Part shown: positions 41,626-49,340 of the stretch, one piece after another
Layout: the number at the start of each line of letters is the position of its first letter
Position numbering within the stretch: the first letter of the stretch is position 1
IMG/VR virus record: IMGVR_UViG_3300025140_000080
Location: 7,378 to 71,377 of that record
DNA from: a virus
Strand: one strand, 5' to 3'
DNA length: 64,000 nucleotides
Notes under the pieces: generated by a model
What the model saw: only the letters and a program-made list of their open reading frames with translations
What the model was told of the DNA's origin: nothing
Database searches by the model: none
Translations under genes and position numbers: made by a program

Positions 41626-43041
41626 TTAATCCATCGCATTTGATGTTAAAATGGTTGCAGACTTCGATGGTCGTGTCATAGCAACGTATTTTATCTGATT
41701 TCGTTCTTTAATAGACCAGTTTTCGTCAATATCATCCTCAAGAATGAAAACATTCTTATAGGTACTACCTTGTGATTTATGACCTGTGATAGCAAATCCA
41801 TAATCCAAATCTTTTACAATAATATCCTTACGTCCACGTAAAGTACCATTTCTGAATTCAGTGATGTTGCGTAGAATCATATTATTACGTCTAAAATCGT
41901 AATATTTAGTCCATAGTTTTTTATTTTTACTTGCCATATCTCTGAAAAAGTCATGATATTCAGCATATAAATGCATGTTACTCACGTCATTGGTATCTAC
42001 AATGAAAACGTCTCGGAATGTGTAACTTCCAAAGCCTGTATTTTCACGTAGCTTGACATAATAGCCGAATATATCCAATTCGCTTTGTTCCAGATCAGAT
42101 TTGGTTACAATTCTGTAATCCGCCGAATTCTCAATAATATTATATAACCGACTTTTATCGCCAATACTTCGATAGCCCATTAAAAGGTCGTTAATCTCAA
42201 CTATATCGCTATTAGCACCAAATAAACTGTCACGTATCATTTTATTAGAATACATCACAGTCTCGTTCTTCCAAGCTATTAATTTAACGTGATCAGTATC
42301 TCTTTTAAACTCTTCTGATGAAAATTCCTTTAGTAAGCGATCTCTAAAAAATCTTTTACTCTTTGTAAAGATAACGCCTTCACCATCGCTGTTAATATCT
42401 GTGATTCTGTTGAATCCGCCGTCCGATCTGTTTAGGTTGTTTCTTAATGCATCGTAAATAACACACAATGCATTGCCGTCAGTTTGACGTTCTATCTTTG
42501 TAAGCCAATGCATTAAGATTGACGAATCGTTGAAAACAACACTTTCTTTCTCATTTATGGGCGGTATCTGTGCAGGGTCACCCATGAATAATATCTGAGT
42601 AGCTGCTTTTTCGGATAACCTTTTAATTAAAGCGAATAAATCAGCGTTGATCATAGATGCTTCATCAATAGCTAAAATATCAAAATTGCTGATCTTAGGT
42701 ATTGCGATTACTCCGAATTCGGGACTATTTGGATTGAAATTATCAAGGTCTACATCTGGTCTTAATCCACATATAGCTTGTAATGTTAAAGCTTCTTGTG
42801 ATGTTGATCGTGCAACAACTTTCTTAGCTTTATGTGTAGGTGCTGATACGGCTATTTTTCTGCTGGATTCATCAAGTATTTTCTTTACTATGGTAGTTTT
42901 ACCTGTTCCAGCATAGCCAGCTAAAGTGAAGAACTTATTATCGGTTTTAAGCCATTGACGCATTAAATTAATGCCATCATATTGCTGATCATTAAATGTG
43001 ATCAACTTATTATTTGGTAATATTAGTTCTTTGTCGTTCAT
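41626..43041 (-). CDS. dda: Dda/RecD-like SF1B DNA helicase
   Basis: GYAGTGKT, IDEASM, GDPAQIPP, AITGHKSQGSTY, YVAMTR. Confidence 0.9.
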   Translation of the reverse strand: MNDKELILPNNKLITFNDQQYDGINLMRQWLKTDNKFFTLAGYAGTGKTTIVKKILDESSRKIAVSAPTHKAKKVVARSTSQEALTLQAICGLRPDVDLDNFNPNSPEFGVIAIPKISNFDILAIDEASMINADLFALIKRLSEKAATQILFMGDPAQIPPINEKESVVFNDSSILMHWLTKIERQTDGNALCVIYDALRNNLNRSDGGFNRITDINSDGEGVIFTKSKRFFRDRLLKEFSSEEFKRDTDHVKLIAWKNETVMYSNKMIRDSLFGANSDIVEINDLLMGYRSIGDKSRLYNIIENSADYRIVTKSDLEQSELDIFGYYVKLRENTGFGSYTFRDVFIVDTNDVSNMHLYAEYHDFFRDMASKNKKLWTKYYDFRRNNMILRNITEFRNGTLRGRKDIIVKDLDYGFAITGHKSQGSTYKNVFILEDDIDENWSIKERNQIKYVAMTRPSKSATILTSNAMD

Positions 43042-43116
43042 ATGTATATATTAAAAATAATGTGCATGGTTTGACTCATACACATTATTCATACTAAGTT
43101 ATTTTTTTTTGTTACA

Positions 43117-43644
43117 TCATTTGCGAGTATATCGACGAAATGAATATATTATATTTGATTTGCTTCTATTGTATACGAAATCATCATCATCTAATTCAAA
43201 CATTTTTAGAAATAGTTCCGATGGAAAGCCTTTATTAGCATCGGGGAAACATTCTTCAACAAGAGTTAATAAAGCCTTATCGCAGAATGGTATCATTGAA
43301 TTGTAAACCATTGCACCACCAGCAACATAAATGCTTTTTATATCCTGATATTGATCAAATTTTAATTCTTCGAATAATTCAGTTATTGAAGCACATTGAA
43401 ATAAGATAGACTCATGTTTTAAATCTTCTTCGCTACCATTAAGAATGATAAACTTACGGTTCTTTTTTGCAACCTCTGGCAAAAACTTAAAGGTATTTAA
43501 GCCCATAAGTAATACCTGATTTATGGTGTTTTCTTTGAAATGCTTAAGGTCTTCGGGTATATGCCATAATAGATCATTATCATGTCCAATTTTTCCGTCA
43601 AGGCTAACAGCCGCTATAATTATGAATGTTGGCTCTGTTGTCAT
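43117..43644 (-). CDS. folA: dihydrofolate reductase
   Basis: IAAVS.DG.IG....LLWHIPEDLKHFK..T, LMG..TF, VAGGAMVY. Confidence 0.9.
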   Translation of the reverse strand: MTTEPTFIIIAAVSLDGKIGHDNDLLWHIPEDLKHFKENTINQVLLMGLNTFKFLPEVAKKNRKFIILNGSEEDLKHESILFQCASITELFEELKFDQYQDIKSIYVAGGAMVYNSMIPFCDKALLTLVEECFPDANKGFPSELFLKMFELDDDDFVYNRSKSNIIYSFRRYTRK

Positions 43645-44111
43645 GACGCTAATTTTTTTCCGTCGAGAATTTCTCGTAGGATGAAGTTCTTAGTTCCGCC
43701 AATATCTGAAAGCCATTGCTCATAGGACGTGAAATTATCTGAATCATAGTCAGGATAAATAAACTTATTATAAACTCTTTCATCAGCAAGAAAACATACA
43801 GCTGTTAAGGCATTGTTAATATCTGGCTCATAAAACATGGCAAAGTTGATATTATTTGAATTTAATTCATCAGCAATCATATTCAAAGAACCTAAGAATT
43901 TACCATCTTCATCGAAGCCATTATTAGACGTTCCGCCATTCAGCATAATGAATGTTTTATCATTCTCGAAAAAGTCTCGGTAATCGTCATTACTGCCATA
44001 TTCGTCCACATACTCTAATGCGGCATGCCCACACTGAATTCCTTTATTAATACCTTGTAGTGAGCCTAACACAAGAAAATACATTCTATATTCTAAATTT
44101 GTTCTATTCAT
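43641..44111 (-). CDS. peptidyl-tRNA hydrolase 2 (PTH2)-like protein
   Basis: MYFLV......KGIQCGHAA and FYEPD....LTAVC resemble PTH2-fold motifs. Confidence 0.5.
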   Translation of the reverse strand: MNRTNLEYRMYFLVLGSLQGINKGIQCGHAALEYVDEYGSNDDYRDFFENDKTFIMLNGGTSNNGFDEDGKFLGSLNMIADELNSNNINFAMFYEPDINNALTAVCFLADERVYNKFIYPDYDSDNFTSYEQWLSDIGGTKNFILREILDGKKLAS

Positions 44112-44361
44112 TTTCGTTTATATTTTCGTCATTTATATCATTCATGCTATTAAGTTGCTGTTGTTGAGCGTCTACAACATATTTACTGATAATTTTATTT
44201 TTTAGTTTTAAAATTTCTCTAATAGTAGCTTCGCCTCTTTTTTGATTTAAGAGATCGAACACCCCTACTATAAATTCGATACCAACGTCATCAACAGGCA
44301 TTTCTGCGATATTCATGGCTACTTTAAAATTGGCACATCTGTCATTTAGTTTTATTGACAT
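44104..44361 (-). CDS. hypothetical protein
   Basis: Coupled ORF. Confidence 0.55.
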   Translation of the reverse strand: MSIKLNDRCANFKVAMNIAEMPVDDVGIEFIVGVFDLLNQKRGEATIREILKLKNKIISKYVVDAQQQQLNSMNDINDENINENE

Positions 44362-44597
44362 GAGTCCTCCAATTCTATAATAATTTCACACCAATGCGTC
44401 GGCTTAAATGGATTCAAATTCGAACCGAATATGCCGAATATGTCACCCATATTTGACGTTGAGAAATTAAAGCCTTTTGCATCTATAGACGTTAAATGCC
44501 CTGTTGATACTGTATTTACTTTATTTCTACTTTCAAGTAAAAGTATTGGCTGATTAAACGGTGGTTTACATGTATCTGTAATTTTTTTAAAAATCAT
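44352..44597 (-). CDS. hypothetical protein (DUF551-like PTHW tail)
   Basis: KPTHWCEI; directly behind early motif. Confidence 0.5.
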   Translation of the reverse strand: MIFKKITDTCKPPFNQPILLLESRNKVNTVSTGHLTSIDAKGFNFSTSNMGDIFGIFGSNLNPFKPTHWCEIIIELEDSCQ

Positions 44598-44612
44598 AGT
44601 TCTTTTTTCTTT

Positions 44613-44642
44613 TTATACGTAATTAAATTGTTTTTGTTACAG
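44613..44642 (-). promoter_or_regulatory. early-type motif
   Basis: CTGTAAC-N14-TACGTATAA. Confidence 0.7.
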
Positions 44643-44690
44643 AAATTAGTAACTATTATCCATATTTTCGTATTTATATGTAAATACTTT

Positions 44691-44873
44691 ATGATAAAAT
44701 TAACGGTTGGGGTTGAGACTAAAGAGAGAAATGGTCGTTCTAATCCAAAGAACCCCAGAAATATTATAGCATCTACACCGATTACGCCAAATACAAATGT
44801 TACGGATAATCGTCAATGGCCTACAGGATGGATGTATATGCCTGTTTATCTTTTTAATAAAAAGACTTGGTAA
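44691..44873 (+). CDS. small + strand late-type ORF inside the - strand block (start revised to 44691)
   Basis: GTATTTAT at 44670-44677, ATG 13 nt later. Confidence 0.45.
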   Translation: MIKLTVGVETKERNGRSNPKNPRNIIASTPITPNTNVTDNRQWPTGWMYMPVYLFNKKTW

Positions 44874-45116
44874 TTATGGAGCATCATTTGGATATTCATT
44901 CAGATGATGTTTCTCCAATGCTCGGTATAAATTAGCAATAGCCAATTTAACATCAGTAGGAGCATTTCCTCCGCTCATACAAACCCTTATACCAGCCGTA
45001 TTCAGATTACCATTTTCGTCCTCAGAAATGATCTGCGGATAGTAATCACCATCGTTTCCAGTTATAATTCGGAAATAGACGGTACTAAAATCAGAGTTAT
45101 CAGTTAATAATGCCAT
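44874..45116 (-). CDS. hypothetical protein
   Basis: Colinear ORF. Confidence 0.55.
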   Translation of the reverse strand: MALLTDNSDFSTVYFRIITGNDGDYYPQIISEDENGNLNTAGIRVCMSGGNAPTDVKLAIANLYRALEKHHLNEYPNDAP

Positions 45117-45117
45117 T

Positions 45118-45498
45118 TTAAATAAGAGTTTGCCCTAATGATTTCTTGTTAATTGGAATCTCTATGAATAATTCGGCTTCTTTATTAATTTCGAAGCATG
45201 TTTCTGGATTATTAGCCTCTTCATCGTAAAGTCCGAACAAATTACCTATAGCGAACAAATAATTAGCTGTGTCTGCAATATATTCACGTATAGCACCTTC
45301 ATTTTTTACTCGTATAGCTAAAAATAGTTTGGCTTTATGATACTCCATTTCAGCTATTATGGCGTTAAAGTCTGTCATGTCTAAAATAGTGCCTTTATTC
45401 CTATTTTTCTTTAATTCTGAGATCATATCATCCTTAAATTTATTAATAAGATGGCTTTCTATTTTCTCATAGAGACTTATTTTCTCATTATTTAACAT
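45118..45498 (-). CDS. hypothetical protein (possible MazG-like helical pyrophosphatase fold)
   Basis: IAEMEYHKAKL......IREYIADTANY: spaced E/D in helices. Confidence 0.3.
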   Translation of the reverse strand: MLNNEKISLYEKIESHLINKFKDDMISELKKNRNKGTILDMTDFNAIIAEMEYHKAKLFLAIRVKNEGAIREYIADTANYLFAIGNLFGLYDEEANNPETCFEINKEAELFIEIPINKKSLGQTLI

Positions 45499-45679
45499 CT
45501 TTTTCTGTTTTTGGAGTTAATCTACCTGTCATAGTTTCCCAGCAAGTAGTGCCTGATCGCACCATAGCATATAGTTTGAGTGGCGTGAATGACTCAATAG
45601 TAACAAGACCATGATTAGCAAAGTCGGCGTCTAAAACGACTTCGTCGCCAACTTCAAGATTGTAAGGGTTGTGATTCAT
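45488..45679 (-). CDS. hypothetical small SH3-like protein
   Basis: LEVGDEVVL. Confidence 0.45.
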   Translation of the reverse strand: MNHNPYNLEVGDEVVLDADFANHGLVTIESFTPLKLYAMVRSGTTCWETMTGRLTPKTEKDVK

Positions 45680-45845
45680 AATTATTTGAATTAATTATTT
45701 CGCCTTTAAGTATCATTAATCTGTATGCATTGTTTATCATAACAATCATATTTAAGAAATACTCATATTTATCTTGCGGTAGATCAGTGATATCAACTAT
45801 ATCGCCATTTTCTAATTCCACCTTAACACTTTTAAATATCGGCAT
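45654..45845 (-). CDS. hypothetical protein
   Basis: Colinear ORF. Confidence 0.45.
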   Translation of the reverse strand: MPIFKSVKVELENGDIVDITDLPQDKYEYFLNMIVMINNAYRLMILKGEIINSNNYESQPLQS

Positions 45846-46114
45846 TACTGTAGGGAGCTGTTAAAAACATTTATAGATCGTTGGCATTCAGCCGCAGAGA
45901 CCATAGCATCGCTCAGATTTCTGTTTGAGTGTAGCTTGTAAATTTCGGCTAATTGATCAGTAAGCTCGTTGACGGTTTTATACGCCAGATTCAACTTTTC
46001 GATGAAATTTCTTTTTTCATCTTCGGTCATATCCCTTTTCTGGGTTGTAATTGCTTTCATCATTGGCTTACCATCGTAAAGCACTGAGAAGTTACTATTC
46101 ATTTTCAATTCCAT
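45845..46114 (-). CDS. hypothetical protein
   Basis: Coupled ORF. Confidence 0.55.
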   Translation of the reverse strand: MELKMNSNFSVLYDGKPMMKAITTQKRDMTEDEKRNFIEKLNLAYKTVNELTDQLAEIYKLHSNRNLSDAMVSAAECQRSINVFNSSLQ

Positions 46115-46115
46115 A

Positions 46116-46484
46116 TTATACTATTTGTTTTAAAGTGTTTTTTATTGATTTTTTATCGACAATTTTTAAAGGATAGAATATACCAAAACTACCAGTAGGC
46201 ACTTTTTTTGTTGTGACGGCAGCGTTATCGACACAAAGCTTGATTGTCTGCTCACAGGCTTCTTTCATTGCGGTTAATACAACTGTCTGTAATAACTGTT
46301 CATCTTTCAAACCGAGTGATAAAAACGATTCAGAATTAGCCGCAATGGCAAATACTTGTGCCAGTATTTTTTTTAAATTAACTTCTTTAGCTTTTTTCAT
46401 TTTCTTATTATATTTGTATCTGTTTCGGTGATCTTTAACATATCCATTTTCTCTTTTTGACGCTTTCGTTCCGCAACCAGCCAT
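46116..46484 (-). CDS. hypothetical protein (start uncertain)
   Basis: Colinear ORF. Confidence 0.5.
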   Translation of the reverse strand: MAGCGTKASKRENGYVKDHRNRYKYNKKMKKAKEVNLKKILAQVFAIAANSESFLSLGLKDEQLLQTVVLTAMKEACEQTIKLCVDNAAVTTKKVPTGSFGIFYPLKIVDKKSIKNTLKQIV

Positions 46485-46526
46485 GCGATTAATTTTGGCG
46501 ATGGAAACTCTATTTTAACCTCGGAA

Positions 46527-47084
46527 CTACTCATTTTTAGAGTCTTTAACGTCAGGGTATTCAATGTTAAAATGATCGCACATTGTATTTAAAATTTTTC
46601 TTATATTTTGTATGTCGTCCCTGTACAATCTACGGTCTTTTTTTAAATATTGCACAGTGCTCAACGTATCACTTTTCTTAAAATACTCATTAGATGGCGT
46701 TATCGTTTTTTCAACGATGCTAAATTTCTCTCTGTCATAAACTTTACCATTTGACGATATGTGTAAGGATGGCGAAGACTCTTTATATATTGGGAGATTT
46801 CTCATTGATTTTAATTCACGTTTATCATCATTTGGCAAAATTAGTTTGTAAAGCACTGGTTTTTTATCGATACCCTCAAACTCTTGAGCGATTGGTAATA
46901 CATTATCCTTATTGATTGTCACACTCTGACAGCCAATATTAACGAGAAATGTTTTACCTTTTAATTCAATTATAACGTTCTCGTATTGAACCTTATAATT
47001 AGGCTGAATAACGTATTCATTTTCGTTTTCTTTGTTTAACGACGTTCTAAAGTCGATGATCTTAATTTCAGTATTTTTTAACAT
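46527..47084 (-). CDS. hypothetical protein
   Basis: Directly behind early motif 47111-47140. Confidence 0.65.
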   Translation of the reverse strand: MLKNTEIKIIDFRTSLNKENENEYVIQPNYKVQYENVIIELKGKTFLVNIGCQSVTINKDNVLPIAQEFEGIDKKPVLYKLILPNDDKRELKSMRNLPIYKESSPSLHISSNGKVYDREKFSIVEKTITPSNEYFKKSDTLSTVQYLKKDRRLYRDDIQNIRKILNTMCDHFNIEYPDVKDSKNE

Positions 47085-47110
47085 TTCAATAAATTTAAAT
47101 TGTTTCTATA

Positions 47111-47140
47111 TTATACGTAACTCGATAAAAAAGGTTACAA
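47111..47140 (-). promoter_or_regulatory. early-type motif
   Basis: Exact match. Confidence 0.75.
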
Positions 47141-47175
47141 AAAAGGTCAACATATTTTGAGTATGTTGACCTTTT
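47139..47175 (-). terminator. terminator closing the RNA array
   Basis: AAAAGGTCAACATA/TATGTTGACCTTTT with U tract on - strand. Confidence 0.85.
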
Positions 47176-47184
47176 ATATTCAAA

Positions 47185-47268
47185 AAAAACAAAGAACAGT
47201 TAAGACAGAGTTTTTTGTATAAAAATTTCGATTTTTTTGATGAAACTGTCTCGAACACTATTGTTTTT
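47185..47268 (-). ncRNA. Y-RNA-like hairpin unit 5
   Basis: Outer stem AAAAACAA/UUGUUUUU, bulged U, AG/CU pairs, UGUUC loop, inner stem AGACAG/CUGUCU. Confidence 0.65.
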
Positions 47269-47270
47269 CG

Positions 47271-47394
47271 TAGGGCATGATGGACTCGAACCACCGACCT
47301 CGTCATTAAGAATGAAGTAACTTTTACGAACGCCACAATAAAGGGAAAAGGTGTAAAAGAGAATTTCGCGCTCTACCAACTGAGCTAACGCCCT
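47271..47394 (-). tRNA. tRNA-Lys(CUU) interrupted by a 51-nt Y-like insertion at position 28/29 (insert 47316-47366); no encoded CCA
   Basis: Acceptor AGGGCGU/AUGCCCU; D arm GCUC-AGUUGGUA-GAGC; T arm GGUGG-UUCGAGU-CCAUC; deleting the insert gives CGUCA-UUCUUAA-UGACG and a 73-nt cloverleaf. Confidence 0.85.
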
Positions 47395-47401
47395 ATAATA
47401 T

Positions 47402-47517
47402 AGATGAATAAGGAAAATGAGAGACAGAGTTTTGTATTTACTTAATTATTGAGATTGAGTTGATCTTAATTATTGAGATTGAGTTGATGAAACTGTTTCT
47501 AACGCCATTATTCATTT
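47402..47517 (-). ncRNA. Y-RNA-like hairpin unit 4 (loop expanded by 24-nt duplication)
   Basis: Outer AUGAAUAA/UUAUUCAU, bulged U, GG/CC, inner AGAAACAG/CUGUCUCU. Confidence 0.6.
47441..47488. repeat. perfect 24-nt tandem duplication CTTAATTATTGAGATTGAGTTGAT x2
   Basis: Direct inspection. Confidence 0.95.
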
Positions 47518-47518
47518 G

Positions 47519-47584
47519 TCGGTGTGCGAGGGGACGATCCTCATATAATACCGTATACTGCATTACAAGCCAAGACACACTCCG
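47519..47584 (-). ncRNA. degenerate D-arm-less tRNA-like element
   Basis: Acceptor CGGAGUG/CACACCG (6/7), T-like arm UGAGG-AUCGUCC-CCUCG, central hairpin UAAUGC/GUAUUA. Confidence 0.4.
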
Positions 47585-47591
47585 ATATAAA

Positions 47592-47661
47592 TAGATAAGG
47601 AAAAAGATAATACGGTGAATATTTCGTAAAAGGAAGTAACCGTATCGAACGCCATTATCTA
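47592..47661 (-). ncRNA. Y-RNA-like hairpin unit 2
   Basis: Outer UAGAUAA/UUAUCUA, bulged U, GG/CC, CGUUC loop, inner AUACGGU/ACCGUAU, UACUUC...GAAAU. Confidence 0.7.
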
Positions 47662-47670
47662 AATTTTTGT

Positions 47671-47740
47671 AAGCAAAGAACTGATGGTAGGGTGTGATTT
47701 CATTTATGGAGGAAGTAACCCTTACCGAACGCTATTACTT
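47671..47740 (-). ncRNA. Y-RNA-like hairpin unit 1
   Basis: Outer AAGUAA/UUGCUU, bulged U, AG/CU, CGUUC loop, inner GGUA(A)GGGU/ACCCUACC, UACUUC...GAAAU. Confidence 0.7.
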
Positions 47741-47750
47741 AATATTTTTA

Positions 47751-47798
47751 CAAAGGTACTATTTAATATTTAATTTGCAAGTATAAATAGTACCTTTG
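47751..47798 (-). promoter_or_regulatory. Bacteroidota-type promoter for the RNA array inside a perfect 15-bp inverted repeat
   Basis: - strand TTG(47780-78)-N19-TACCTTTG(47758-51); IR CAAAGGTACTATTTA-N18-TAAATAGTACCTTTG. Confidence 0.7.
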
Positions 47799-47802
47799 TT
47801 GA

Positions 47803-49236
47803 TTAATTTTCACTCTGGTCGTCAAATTTATTTGTTAGACCTTCGTTTGCAGCGATATATGTTAGGAAGTTTTCAGACATACCTGTAATTTCGGCATCCC
47901 ATACATTCCTAAAGTTAACGCCTCTCTCATTTGACGATACGTCGCAAATATAGTTATATTTGCCGTAAGGTGCTGGAATTCTCGCATTCATAAGATCGCA
48001 ATCCTGTGAGTCAGAGAATATGATAATTCTGTCGAATGTATCAGATACGTTGGCTTTACACCATTCGATACACTGTCTGGTGAAAATACCACCACAGCCG
48101 ATTTCACTTCCAGCACTTTGAATTTGCTTGAACACATCGAATCCCTTTTTTGGATTTAGAATATGCTTATGAGCACCTTTATGCGAACCATCATTCCCAG
48201 CAGTTGCTACGATTTCATAGTTTTCACATTGATTAATCGCAAGCATAGCCATTGCACAAGCAGCATCCATTCTGGACATTCCCGACTTGTCAGATAATTT
48301 AGCACCCATTGAGCCTGAAATATCGACAATGAATAATGTCTTTCCAGATAATTTAGGAAGATTCTTATAAGACTCAACCATAGCATCCTCAATATCTCTC
48401 GAATACTCAGGTGCAAACCTTGAGGCTGTTAAGAAATTGAAAGGCAATAACATCGAACTATTTAGATTTTTCAATCCCTTTCTAATGCTATTCGAGTTAA
48501 CACCCGACTGAACCATATTACGTACATTGCGCAACATTGCCAAACCACCGATTTTCTTTTCATCGATCAATCTCTCCCATGTGGCTTTCTTATCTTTACC
48601 TGTCGATAAAGCAACTTCCCATGTATCAGGAGTTTTCAAAGTACGATCAGCAACTTTCTTGTAAAGTTCAATCTTTTCCTGTGAAGATGGTTTTGGGTGA
48701 GCTAAAAACATAGCATCCCTTAACTTGATCTCGGCATCCCTGTCATATTTAGCGAATTGGTATTCGTTAAAGTTATCGAATGCTTTCGCCAAACCTTTCT
48801 TAGCAGCAGCAGCCAAAGGCTTTAGCTTACCGCCATTCTGTTTCTTGTAGATAGCAAGAAAGTCTGTAATCATGTCTGCTCTTGTGATAATCTTTGGTAA
48901 GATATCGGCAACCAACGCAGAATATCCAACGTGTTTCAGCATTTCAACACAAATAAACAAAGGAGTATGACGCAATTTCTGCTCAAGTCTCGCCTCAACA
49001 GCAAGATCAGCAACATCTTGAGGATTACATTGCGGAATCAACTGGCTGATCTGTGTTGAAACATCTTCACCGTTAGCATACGCAATGTTTTCCCATAATA
49101 GGTTCGCTAAAACAACTCTACGTAATAGAGCTAATTCGTCTTGTTTAGCTGCTCTGGTTCCAAATCCACCAGCAAGTCTTTCATCTGATTTTAAATCAGA
49201 AACGCCACTTTTTAAAATAGGGTTCAATTTACTCAT
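47803..49236 (-). CDS. rsr: Ro60/TROVE-vWA RNA-binding protein
   Basis: EARLEQKLRHTP, RADMITDFL, YQFAKYDRD, LKTPDTWE, MLRNVRN, vWA IVDISGSM...FSD. Confidence 0.92.
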   Translation of the reverse strand: MSKLNPILKSGVSDLKSDERLAGGFGTRAAKQDELALLRRVVLANLLWENIAYANGEDVSTQISQLIPQCNPQDVADLAVEARLEQKLRHTPLFICVEMLKHVGYSALVADILPKIITRADMITDFLAIYKKQNGGKLKPLAAAAKKGLAKAFDNFNEYQFAKYDRDAEIKLRDAMFLAHPKPSSQEKIELYKKVADRTLKTPDTWEVALSTGKDKKATWERLIDEKKIGGLAMLRNVRNMVQSGVNSNSIRKGLKNLNSSMLLPFNFLTASRFAPEYSRDIEDAMVESYKNLPKLSGKTLFIVDISGSMGAKLSDKSGMSRMDAACAMAMLAINQCENYEIVATAGNDGSHKGAHKHILNPKKGFDVFKQIQSAGSEIGCGGIFTRQCIEWCKANVSDTFDRIIIFSDSQDCDLMNARIPAPYGKYNYICDVSSNERGVNFRNVWDAEITGMSENFLTYIAANEGLTNKFDDQSEN

Positions 49237-49266
49237 ATTTTTATTGTTTTAATTATTGTTTCTTCG

Positions 49267-49296
49267 TTATACGTAAGAACTTTTCAAATGTTACAA
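49267..49296 (-). promoter_or_regulatory. early-type motif upstream of Ro60
   Basis: Exact match. Confidence 0.75.
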
Positions 49297-49340
49297 AAAT
49301 CTTTAATTATTTTCGAAATATTTTTCGGGGTGATTGTAGA

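Noticed and set aside
47316-47366. Canonical archaeal-type bulge-helix-bulge tRNA intron
   Set aside because: The required 4-bp central helix (A23-G26 with intron GUUA) does not pair, so no BHB geometry exists at the 28/29 junction.
47185-47517. Hammerhead, box C/D or theta (HDV-like) ribozymes after the tRNAs
   Set aside because: TGATGA/GAAAC words occur only on the + strand, opposite the promoter and tRNA, without the three-stem core. No nested-pseudoknot HDV fold could be built downstream of either discriminator.
47185-47740. CRISPR array
   Set aside because: The units are structure-conserved hairpins with diverged sequence, not identical repeats with regular spacers; no cas genes are present.
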